The position numbers and the translations under genes were made by a program. A stretch of 64,000 bases of DNA from Candidatus Zixiibacteriota bacterium (GTDB taxonomy: Bacteria > Zixibacteria > MSB-5A5 > WJJR01). The stretch's first letter is position 1, and each line of letters starts with the position of its first letter. The notes below the pieces were generated by a model. It was not told where the DNA came from and ran no database searches. It worked only from the letters and a program-made list of their open reading frames with translations. Location of the stretch: positions 544,206 to 608,205 of the forward strand of contig DASWIS010000008.1 of the NCBI GenBank assembly GCA_036397555.1, written 5' to 3'. Positions 47,393-56,494 of this stretch are shown piece by piece.

Positions 47393-48490
47393 TCAACGCC
47401 CGCGCATCGCGTAGTACAGAACGCGCGGAGCATTCACCAGACCGGTCCAGAAAATGTTCGGACTGTGACGCAGCCGCCGTCGCGCGTAGGCGATGGCGCG
47501 GTCCCAGTTTTCGGCAAAAGGAACATAGAGTCGGTGGACGATTCCGCGGCGCAAAGCCGATGACGCCCTGCCCGTGTCGTCAATCCCCTCGAAGTATGAA
47601 CCGGACGTGAGAGATTGGATCAGGGCCGCTCTCGGTACTCCCATCAACGTCTGTGTCTCAAACCGGGAGGGACCGATGGCCGCCGTCAAAACGACCTCGT
47701 TGAAGAAGCGTTCGATCAATCCCTGATCGTGCGTCGCGAACTCGACAAACACATCCTTCGCAAACAGCGCGCGTGCCAGGGACAGCATGCGCGATTTGAT
47801 CTCGGCGGGCTGCTGCAGCGCAATCTCGGCGGATTCGCTGTAGATCCCGGTGCACAGTCTGATCCGGGACCCGGACGGCAGTTGGTCAATGTCCGTCACG
47901 GTGCGAAAGAGCCGCGATTGCAGGACGGTGCCGACAGTCCGTCCGTAGCGCGCGAAGAGCTCTGCGTGAATCGACAACGTCAGATCGGTCCATTGATGGT
48001 TTTCCATGTCGATCGTGGCTCGAATCCCGTGTTTCGACGCCGACTCGATCACGCGGCCGATGGCTTCCGCGCAGGCCGTCCGGTCGATCCCTCCCGGATC
48101 GATCACCATGCCATCGTTGTCCTTCGGGGCGACGACGAACGATGACGGCTTGAGACTCACCGAAGGTTTGCGCCCCGGTGGCAGCGCCTGGAGTCGCGCA
48201 TCATGGGCCGCCGATTCGATCAACCGCACATACAACGCGACATAATGGTCCACGTCCTGCCCGGTCGCGGCATCCTCGCCGAGGATGTCGATTGTCGCAG
48301 AGATTCCGGCATCCGCCAGTTCGGCCGCCTTGTCGAGCGCCGCTTGCATCGAATCGCCCGCAATGTAGGGCTTCGAGAAAACGCGAATCGCTGTCTTGGG
48401 GAGTGAATCGACGAATACAAAACGCAGGTTCACGGCATCTCCGGCGACCGATTGCTGGCGCCGCCAGATTAGGGGGAAGTCCTGTCGCAA
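47393..48490 (-). CDS. proline dehydrogenase (FAD-dependent, monofunctional PutA-like)
   Basis: Motifs KPYIAGD, IDMEN, QSRLFRT, RIRLCTGIY, ATHD. Confidence 0.8.
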   Translation of the reverse strand: MRQDFPLIWRRQQSVAGDAVNLRFVFVDSLPKTAIRVFSKPYIAGDSMQAALDKAAELADAGISATIDILGEDAATGQDVDHYVALYVRLIESAAHDARLQALPPGRKPSVSLKPSSFVVAPKDNDGMVIDPGGIDRTACAEAIGRVIESASKHGIRATIDMENHQWTDLTLSIHAELFARYGRTVGTVLQSRLFRTVTDIDQLPSGSRIRLCTGIYSESAEIALQQPAEIKSRMLSLARALFAKDVFVEFATHDQGLIERFFNEVVLTAAIGPSRFETQTLMGVPRAALIQSLTSGSYFEGIDDTGRASSALRRGIVHRLYVPFAENWDRAIAYARRRLRHSPNIFWTGLVNAPRVLYYAMRGR

Positions 48491-48721
48491 TCAACGCCCA
48501 ATTGCGTAACGCAGAGCCCACTCACTGCCCGGGCGCGGGGCGGGGTCGATCGTGTGTTTGTGTCCCAAAAGAAACCCGGGTGCTCCGCTGGGGCGGAACA
48601 CCCGGCTCGAATTTAAGGGGGGTGGTTGGCCAGAGTACTTGTTTTGGGGGGGGCAAAACGTTCCCCCGACCTTCCGCCCCCGCTACTCGGTGACCATCAT
48701 CGGAGGTCTCGTCACTACTAC

Positions 48722-49462
48722 TTAAACATCCCGATCGACCTGAATGTTTAGGCGAATATTGTCCATGATCCGGACTCGATGGCCGCTGTTGCCCGGATTC
48801 AGCCAGGCGTTGCCCGCACGGAACCAGCGGCCGACGTTGAATCGCAGTGTGTATTGGACATCATCGCCCGCGGACAGGTCGTACACGCCGCGGACCGAAT
48901 ACTCCGAAGTGTAGTCGCTGCTGAATGTGAAGCGGCGTGACTCGCCCGCCGACCAGATGCGTCCGCGCACGAGAATCGAATTCCCCAGCAGGTCGTCGAG
49001 CCCATTCAGTTCATCCGAAGCACGCGCGGGCTGCAGCACGAACCGGACTTCTGTGTAGGCGCCGCGCACGACCGCACCGGACCCCAGCGGCTGCAACGCC
49101 GCATTCACCGGCAGAACATACGGTCCCTTGTGGCTGATGTCCGGATCACTCTCGTCGCGGCTTTCTTCCTCCGCGGTGATCTGTGTGTCGACCGCTCCCG
49201 CCTCGCCATCGACGAAGCGCAGCGACCGGATCACGACCGCCCCATAGTCGATTGTGATCGAATCGGGTCCCTCGGCCGCATAGCCCTGCTGCGTGTTCGG
49301 CGTGTCGCCGCCGACGATGTTGGCCGACGGACTGGCGAGGTTAAACTCGATGTTCCATGCCGTGCTGATGTCGGATAGCGAATTGTTGCTGCTCTCCGGA
49401 CCGCATCCCAATGCCAGAATGCAGACGCCGACGATCAGCACTGCCGTCAGTGTGCGTTTCAT
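48722..49462 (-). CDS. lipoprotein, hypothetical
   Basis: Lipobox LALGCG. SD GGAGGGAGG upstream. Confidence 0.6.
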   Translation of the reverse strand: MKRTLTAVLIVGVCILALGCGPESSNNSLSDISTAWNIEFNLASPSANIVGGDTPNTQQGYAAEGPDSITIDYGAVVIRSLRFVDGEAGAVDTQITAEEESRDESDPDISHKGPYVLPVNAALQPLGSGAVVRGAYTEVRFVLQPARASDELNGLDDLLGNSILVRGRIWSAGESRRFTFSSDYTSEYSVRGVYDLSAGDDVQYTLRFNVGRWFRAGNAWLNPGNSGHRVRIMDNIRLNIQVDRDV

Positions 49463-49521
49463 CCTGCCTCCCTCCTGATTCATCTTCATCGTTCCCAAGC
49501 GGTGGTTGACTTCACTCCGGG

Positions 49522-51228
49522 TTACCTCAGCAAAACCATCTGATGCACTCTTGCGACGCCGTCTGAAACCAGACGGGCAAAGTAGACACCCGAGCCGACC
49601 GGACGCCCGTTATCGCCGCGTCCCTCCCAGTTCACAGTGTGCGATCCGGGCGCCAGGAGACCGTCGACCAACGTGGCGACCTTGCGGCCCAGAACATCGT
49701 AGACGTCAAGCTGTACCGGCTGATCGCCCACCGATGAAAACCGTATGGTAGTCGAGGGATTGAACGGATTGGGATAATTGAACAGATCGATTTCGTAGTC
49801 GATCGTGCCCAATCCGCGGTCGTCCTCAATGCCGGTCTCCAGTGTCACGGAGAAATCGGCCGACATGCTCGGCCCGGACGCGGAAATGTTCGTGATTGTC
49901 ACGAACGTTTGCGCCCCGGCGTAGTTGTCCGAATTGGGCGTCGAGGCCGCGGAAAACGTGGTCTTGTTGGTGGTCCCGGGGAACGGATCGGCGCCATCGC
50001 CATAGTCGAGATTCTGTTCCAATTCCCAGAGACCGTCCGCCTGCTCCAACGCAACCCAGTAGTTCCCCGATGACGTGTGTCCGGGGTACCATTCCTTCGT
50101 ATTGCCGCTCTGGCTGTCGTCGATGTGCCAGATGCAAAGCCCTGAGCCCGGTATACCCGTATCGTAGCCGGTCTTCTGACGGTTCTCGATCAGGAAATAC
50201 TGGTTTCCGCCGGCGCCGTCGGACCAAACCCGGTACACGGTCGGCGAGGTCTCAACCGCCGGCAGGTTGACTCCGGTCAGATTCGAACTGACGACCGTCG
50301 GTGTGACGAAGCCGACCTGGCTTTTGCACCACGCGTCCATGTGCGCGGGCGAATTGCCCAACGATCCGTTCCACGAACCTGACGCCATCAGAGACCAGCG
50401 GCCCAGACCGCGCGAGCTGCCGTCGATGTCGTACAAATCCGGAAGCCCGAACAGGTGTCCGATCTCGTGGGCGTAGACACCGATCGTAATGTCGCCGGGA
50501 GAATTCCAGTATTCCGGCTGAACCGAGTACGCGCTGACATAAACACCGTCCCGGAGATTGGCGCTGATTCCCCATTTGTGCGACCAGATGTCATTGACGC
50601 TGCCGGTGAACTCCGCTCCCGCACCGGAATGCATGATGACCAGTCCGTCGACATACCCGTTCCCGTCGTTGTCGTAGTCTGAGAAATCGACGAGCGGATC
50701 GATCAATGCCACCAGGTCCTGCGTCAGCCTCTGCGTGTTATTCGGATAACTCCCCATGCCGAAGTTGCCGTTGACGTAGTACGCGTATGTTTGCGGGGCA
50801 CGCTGCCAGCCGAGCGACGACGGGAGATTGACCGTGACCATTGTGAGATTGCCGTAGCTCATCTCGCTGTAAAAGTGGCGCACCGACCCCGATCCGGTTG
50901 AGAAAATCAGGTTGTCCAGCACGGTGGCGCTGACCTGCGACACCTTGTCGGAGAAGTCCACGCAGATCGCCAAAACGTTAAAGTCCCCGGAGACCGTGAT
51001 GCCGGCCGCCATGCCTCCTCCGGGTGTGCAAATGCCGCGCTCCTGAAAATGCCCGCGCATCTCGGAATACAGTCCGATCCCGGCCGCCATCGACGGGGAG
51101 CCCTGGCGCAAGCTGTCCGGGAAGGGAGGCATCGCAACCAGCTCGGATAGCGGGCCGGATGCACACAGAGCGAGACAGCCCAATGCGACCCCGCACGCCA
51201 GCGTAGTTGCTCTGCCTTTAGCCATCAT
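49522..51228 (-). CDS. M6-family (immune inhibitor A-like) metalloprotease with T9SS C-terminal sorting domain
   Basis: HEIGHLFGLPDLYD zinc motif. The C-terminal ~80 aa match the Por_Secre_tail pattern (NYPNPFNPST..LDVYDVLGRKV..GVYFARL). Confidence 0.8.
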   Translation of the reverse strand: MMAKGRATTLACGVALGCLALCASGPLSELVAMPPFPDSLRQGSPSMAAGIGLYSEMRGHFQERGICTPGGGMAAGITVSGDFNVLAICVDFSDKVSQVSATVLDNLIFSTGSGSVRHFYSEMSYGNLTMVTVNLPSSLGWQRAPQTYAYYVNGNFGMGSYPNNTQRLTQDLVALIDPLVDFSDYDNDGNGYVDGLVIMHSGAGAEFTGSVNDIWSHKWGISANLRDGVYVSAYSVQPEYWNSPGDITIGVYAHEIGHLFGLPDLYDIDGSSRGLGRWSLMASGSWNGSLGNSPAHMDAWCKSQVGFVTPTVVSSNLTGVNLPAVETSPTVYRVWSDGAGGNQYFLIENRQKTGYDTGIPGSGLCIWHIDDSQSGNTKEWYPGHTSSGNYWVALEQADGLWELEQNLDYGDGADPFPGTTNKTTFSAASTPNSDNYAGAQTFVTITNISASGPSMSADFSVTLETGIEDDRGLGTIDYEIDLFNYPNPFNPSTTIRFSSVGDQPVQLDVYDVLGRKVATLVDGLLAPGSHTVNWEGRGDNGRPVGSGVYFARLVSDGVARVHQMVLLR

Positions 51229-51952
51229 TATGATCCCTGCCCTTCTGGGTGTGTGAATGGGAGCCGAACACCGACTCCGCTGATCGTCACGACCGCACTC
51301 GTCGATTACGCGATGGGAGATGCGGGCCGGTTCCGGACAATCCTCAGTCTGATTTGATTCCGTTAAAGCGGTCGCCGACAGGACACATTCAGAGGCATCG
51401 TCGCATTCGCCTGAAGCAATCCGAGGAGTTTGGAATCGTAGTTCGTGTTTGGCCGGTTTCATTATTCCCCCCAAGGAACAAATCCTCCTGAGTGCGAGGC
51501 ACTTCAGCGCAAGGGGCGTGCCGACGACAAGACCGCTCTGACCATATCGCCGATGAGGCGTAAGTCAACCTATGTCAATGCGTTAGGCTCTAACCGTCAC
51601 GGGGCGGGTTCTCCGGGGACCAAGGGACCTCTCATTTCGCTGTGGAGAGTATGGGGGCTTTCCGACACCCACTCGGTCAGAGACGAGCCGTTGACCGCAG
51701 CGTGAATTCAATGCGGAGGGTCCGTAAGTTGCTATTCGCAGATTCTGCGACGCGGAAACCTGCGCTGATTGGGAAAACTACTTGACAAGGATGGGCTTAT
51801 AGCGAGATTGCTTTTGACAAGAGTCGGTGGTCGAGCCGTTTCGGCATCTCACGATCCGACGATTACCTCAGGCGCATCGGCCGACCACAGGCAACGCATC
51901 GCAGTATTTGAGAATCAAAATCGCTCTTTCTTAGGTAAGGAGGCGGGCTCAG

Positions 51953-52297
51953 ATGGCAAGTCGGAAATCCCTTCTGGCTATCGGCCTGACTCTGGCTTTG
52001 ATGTTCACGCCGTTGTCACTCGGCTGGGCGGGCGGACAAGCCTCCGACGAAGGTGACGGTCATCCGTGGGATGACGGCACCACCGGCGAACAACAGCCGC
52101 CGCAACCGGACGGATCGACGACCGGCTTCCGTCCGACGGCACCGGTCGCGACGACGCAGTCGCAGCGATCGTATGCTGCCTCGGCCGTACTGCCCGGCGG
52201 CGCTGTCTGGGTTGCCGATGCGCTTTGGTCGTCGTGGCTGCGCATCATGAACATCAAAACGGAGAGCAGGTCGAGCACAGCAAACAATCGGCGATAG
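51953..52297 (+). CDS. small secreted protein, hypothetical
   Basis: Strong SD AAGGAGG 8 nt upstream. Signal peptide LLAIGLTLALMFTPLSLGWAGG. Confidence 0.5.
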   Translation: MASRKSLLAIGLTLALMFTPLSLGWAGGQASDEGDGHPWDDGTTGEQQPPQPDGSTTGFRPTAPVATTQSQRSYAASAVLPGGAVWVADALWSSWLRIMNIKTESRSSTANNRR

Positions 52298-52313
52298 CGC
52301 CGCATCTCGAAGA

Positions 52314-55277
52314 TTGAAATTGAGCATGAAGCCCCTTCCTCACGATGCTTCCGCGTTGCGCGAGACTATGGACGGCGTCGTACGTCTGCTCGACGACGAC
52401 AACGTCACCGCGGCAGTGAACTTGATGGATCGTCTGGAGAGCGAAGCGCCCGTCACCCCCGGGGCCCCGCTCTTCGGCGAATGGTGCATGGTGCGCGCAC
52501 GCCTGGCCCATGCCGAAGGACGGTATACCGATGCCGTCCGGGAGGCGCGTGCGTGCCTCGACATGATCCAATCGACCGGTTCTGACGCGGCAATTGCGGA
52601 CGTTCACCGCCTGTTGGGCGGCGCCTATCTCGGGATGGGTGTCACCAAGAGCGCTCGGATGCACGCGCGCGATGCCATCGCCATTTATCGGCGTATCGGA
52701 GATCAAAATGGTGTGATGCATGCCGCCAATGACCTGGCACGCATTCACTTCGTCAGCAGCGAATACACTCTCGCCATCGACTTCCTCAATGATGCCGTCG
52801 AGATCGCCCGCCAGACGGGCAACCACGAACGTGAAACGGCGTTCATTGGGAATCTCGGTCGGATCTACCTGCTGCAGGGGCAGTGGCAATTGGCGCACGA
52901 GGCCCTGTCGCAAGCGTGTGGCCGAGCGGAGCGGGCCGGGAAAGACAGTTCGACCGCACGCAATCTGCTGTCGTTAGGATACCTTGGGATCCTTCGACAC
53001 GAATTTGAAGCGTCTGCGCTATGCCTGGACCGAGCGTTGCAATACATCGAGCGCGCGGGATTGGTGCGGGAACGATCGATCCACTTTGAATACACCGGCT
53101 GGTGGCATTTCGAGCAACGGCACTGGATTCAGGCCAAGGAGGACTTCCGCTCGGCGCTGCAAATCGGCCAGAAACTGAGTTCCGAAAACGATTTGGTCTC
53201 ACAATCGCTCCGAGGGCTGGCCGAGTGCGAAGCCGCCCTGGGAGATTGGCCCGAGGCGCAACGATTGGCGGAATCGGGCTTATCCGTGGCCCTTGAGATC
53301 GGTGAGCGTGTGGAAGTCGGCTGCCTGTACCGGGTCATCGCCGAGGCGATGGCGCGCCGGGGCGACGTCAACGGTGCGCAGACCGCCCTGTCACGGGCGC
53401 AAGAAAACCTCGACGTGGCTGCCGATCCGTATGAGTCGGCACGTTTTCAGGTTGTCGCGGCGCGAGTCCTGACGCTGCTGCCGCAATCCGAGCCAACCGC
53501 GATCGTCGATTCGCTGCGCGAGGCACTCAACACGTTCGAGCGATTGGGTGCCTCCGCGCAGGCGACCGAGGTCTGCATATTGCTCGTTGAAGCATTGCGA
53601 AGTGCGGGCCGGTTGGACGAGGCCATTCAGTACGCACGCGCGGTCGAGCGACAAAAGGCGGGGGAATCCTCCGGTTCTGATGACGTCGCTGACCACTGTG
53701 CCTTGCAGTCGGCCCTCTCGAAGTCATGTGTCACCCATGCGCTCTCCAGTGCCAACGAGTTCCGACTCGGTGGCGTGCCGTGGGCGGTCGCCGCACTGGA
53801 CGGTGAGTCGCGCGACGATCTCCAGCAGGCAGTCGCGTTCTTCCGTACCCGGATCAACGCCTCCCGTGCGGTCCTTCTGGAGGTCACTGTTGATGGCGCA
53901 CGGACCGGAAGTGTTGTCACTGTGTCCGGGGCGAATGAAGACTTTGCACATCATTTGGGCGAGTTCGTGGCCAGCCCCTATCAGCGCGAACTGCCGACCG
54001 ATGCGCCGAGATTCTACTGGTCTCATGGAACCACTCCTGATCTGACCGCTCATTTTTCCGAGCATGATGAACCCGCCCCCGTCGCCGTCATCTCTGTCCC
54101 GGTGGAACTGGGGCCGGGCGCGTCGGGGCTGCTTTATGCGGATGTCCTCGGTCAAGACGCCGCGGGCCAGCCGATCCGGTTTGGACCGCGCGATCTGGAC
54201 TTCGCGGTCGCATTTGCCGAAATCGTCGCGTGGCGATCCACACGATTGCGCTCTGAAGGGCTCCATCGCGATGTGCGACGCTTGCGGGACCAACTGGCAA
54301 ACTCCAGCGATTTCCCCAGCATCATCACCCAGAATGAAGCCCTGCGCGACACGCTATCGCGTGTGCGCATGGTCGTCGACACGGATGTCTCGATCCTGCT
54401 GTTGGGAGAGACGGGAACCGGTAAGGACCTGCTCGCTCGCGCCATACATTTCTCCAGCGATCGCCGCGACCACCGCTTTGTCTCCGTCAATTGCGCCGCC
54501 CTGCCCGAGTCGCTGTTGGAAAGCGAGTTGTTTGGTGTCCGGCGCGGGGCCTTCACGGGCGCCGATCGTGACAAAGCCGGGCTGTTCGAGGAGGCGGACG
54601 GGGGTACGTTTTTCTTAGACGAGATCGGGGAAATGCCGGTTTCGCTGCAGGCGAAGCTCCTGCGACTGCTGGAGAACAAAGAGTTGACGCGCTTGGGTGA
54701 CACGCGCCCGCGACAAGTCGATGTGCGCGTCATTTCGGCGACCAATAGCGATCTGTCCGGCGATACCGCGCGTGGCACATTCCGGCGAGACCTGTTTTAC
54801 CGCCTCGCTCCGCTGACATTTACGCTGCCGCCGCTGCGGGAACGCCGTGAAGACATCCCGCTGCTTCTCGACCACATCTTAACGCGCGTATGTGACGAGG
54901 CAGGACGCAAAGTGCGGCTGCTTCCGGAAACTGTCCGGGTCCTGTGCAATTATGACTGGCCGGGCAATGTCCGCGAACTGGAGAATGAAATCCGCAAGCT
55001 GATCCTGCTCGCCGGAGCCGAAGGGACCATCGGGCCGGAACGTCTCGCCCAGAAGCTTCTGGAGACGTGCGATACACTGGGCCAGCCCGGCACGGCCCCC
55101 GCGCTGCCCGAACGCTTCTCGCTGTACGACCACATGGCGCAATTAGAACGACGGTTCATCGCGCACGCGCTGGCCGAGTCGGACGGGATCAAAAAACACG
55201 CCGCCGCGCGGCTCGGAATGCCCGAATCGACCCTGCGCCTGAAGATGAAGCAGTACGATCTGGACGTCGGCGCATAG
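52314..55277 (+). CDS. σ54-dependent transcriptional activator with N-terminal TPR repeats (987 aa)
   Basis: AAA+ σ54-interaction domain (GETGTGKD, GAFTGA, GTFFLDEIGEMP). C-terminal Fis-type HTH. Confidence 0.85.
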   Translation: MKLSMKPLPHDASALRETMDGVVRLLDDDNVTAAVNLMDRLESEAPVTPGAPLFGEWCMVRARLAHAEGRYTDAVREARACLDMIQSTGSDAAIADVHRLLGGAYLGMGVTKSARMHARDAIAIYRRIGDQNGVMHAANDLARIHFVSSEYTLAIDFLNDAVEIARQTGNHERETAFIGNLGRIYLLQGQWQLAHEALSQACGRAERAGKDSSTARNLLSLGYLGILRHEFEASALCLDRALQYIERAGLVRERSIHFEYTGWWHFEQRHWIQAKEDFRSALQIGQKLSSENDLVSQSLRGLAECEAALGDWPEAQRLAESGLSVALEIGERVEVGCLYRVIAEAMARRGDVNGAQTALSRAQENLDVAADPYESARFQVVAARVLTLLPQSEPTAIVDSLREALNTFERLGASAQATEVCILLVEALRSAGRLDEAIQYARAVERQKAGESSGSDDVADHCALQSALSKSCVTHALSSANEFRLGGVPWAVAALDGESRDDLQQAVAFFRTRINASRAVLLEVTVDGARTGSVVTVSGANEDFAHHLGEFVASPYQRELPTDAPRFYWSHGTTPDLTAHFSEHDEPAPVAVISVPVELGPGASGLLYADVLGQDAAGQPIRFGPRDLDFAVAFAEIVAWRSTRLRSEGLHRDVRRLRDQLANSSDFPSIITQNEALRDTLSRVRMVVDTDVSILLLGETGTGKDLLARAIHFSSDRRDHRFVSVNCAALPESLLESELFGVRRGAFTGADRDKAGLFEEADGGTFFLDEIGEMPVSLQAKLLRLLENKELTRLGDTRPRQVDVRVISATNSDLSGDTARGTFRRDLFYRLAPLTFTLPPLRERREDIPLLLDHILTRVCDEAGRKVRLLPETVRVLCNYDWPGNVRELENEIRKLILLAGAEGTIGPERLAQKLLETCDTLGQPGTAPALPERFSLYDHMAQLERRFIAHALAESDGIKKHAAARLGMPESTLRLKMKQYDLDVGA

Positions 55278-55349
55278 ATTCGCGCTGCCGACCGTCGTGT
55301 GACAAACCCGCGGTGTTCTCCGCGGGGTTTTTTGTATCCTGCGCAGGCG

Positions 55350-56168
55350 ATGACTCCAACTTGGCGGTGCCTTCCGCACTACGCATTGCGCGCCCGACAA
55401 CAGATGGCGCTCGACTACGAACTGCTCGAGACGTGCCGGACCGAGCGGGACACCGCCTTCCTGCGCTTCTACCGCATGGACCCGCCCGCGGTGACGATCG
55501 GGCGAAACCAGCAGTGGCAGCATGTTGTTTCGCCGCATCGCTGCTCGGAGATGGGCTGGGAATGGGCTCGCCGCCCGACCGGGGGCGGCGCGTTGCTGCA
55601 TCGAAACGAGATCAATTACGCGATCATCGCCGGGCCGGGTTCCCTCGGATTGGCCGCCAATGCGGGCTTCACTGCCACCCTGCTCACGATCCTCAGTCGT
55701 CTCCAACGGATGCTGATTCGTGCCGGGATCCCCGCCGCGATCGAATCCGGTCGTGCCGACACCATGCCACCAAACGGACGACAACATGGCCTGTGCGGCC
55801 GGTCGCTGACCGGATATGAGATCGGTCTTGACGGGGGCAAGTTGCTCGCGGCCGCGCAGTTCATGTCCCAGGATGTCGTACTGCAGCATGGCACCGTTTA
55901 TCTCCATGCTCCCGTTGATGATGGAATATTTTGGCCCGATGACTCCCATGGACTCCGGGCCCGCACCCAACGGTGGACATCCATGCCGCTGGAGTTTCAG
56001 GATTGCGGGTGGCAAGAATCCGCCGATCGGTTACGGGCTTGCTTTCACGACACCAGCGAGAGCGGGCACTTCGCGGTGGAATCCTGGCTTCCGCCTGATT
56101 CCCTTTGGGATCGGGTTCGCCGACGAGCCGACACATGGCAGCGAGAGCACTGGGACACTTTCCGTTGA
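55350..56168 (+). CDS. biotin/lipoate protein ligase family (LplA/LipM-like)
   Basis: RRPTGGGALLH motif of the BPL_LplA_LipB catalytic domain. Confidence 0.65.
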   Translation: MTPTWRCLPHYALRARQQMALDYELLETCRTERDTAFLRFYRMDPPAVTIGRNQQWQHVVSPHRCSEMGWEWARRPTGGGALLHRNEINYAIIAGPGSLGLAANAGFTATLLTILSRLQRMLIRAGIPAAIESGRADTMPPNGRQHGLCGRSLTGYEIGLDGGKLLAAAQFMSQDVVLQHGTVYLHAPVDDGIFWPDDSHGLRARTQRWTSMPLEFQDCGWQESADRLRACFHDTSESGHFAVESWLPPDSLWDRVRRRADTWQREHWDTFR

Positions 56169-56494
56169 AAAACCGCCTCTTGACGGGAATAAGTGACCCC
56201 ATCAGGGTTAATCTCGCTGGATCAAGAGGATCCGCTCGAATCGGATATCGCAAAAAGATTCGCGGGAACACACGCGTCAAGGACAGCAAATCGTGATTCA
56301 CCTTGACTTTACACAATTAGACGGCTCATGTTCGGCACTTTGGTCCCGCGCCGTCTGCCATGCGGGGAGCAACGCTTGATACGACTGTGATTAGGTAGGT
56401 CATCTTCTGAACGTGTTTCTGCTTGTCGGCCCGCCCCTCACTCCGGTTCGCAGGCCCTCACGCGTAATGACCCGTCACGGGGAGGATTGTAGAC

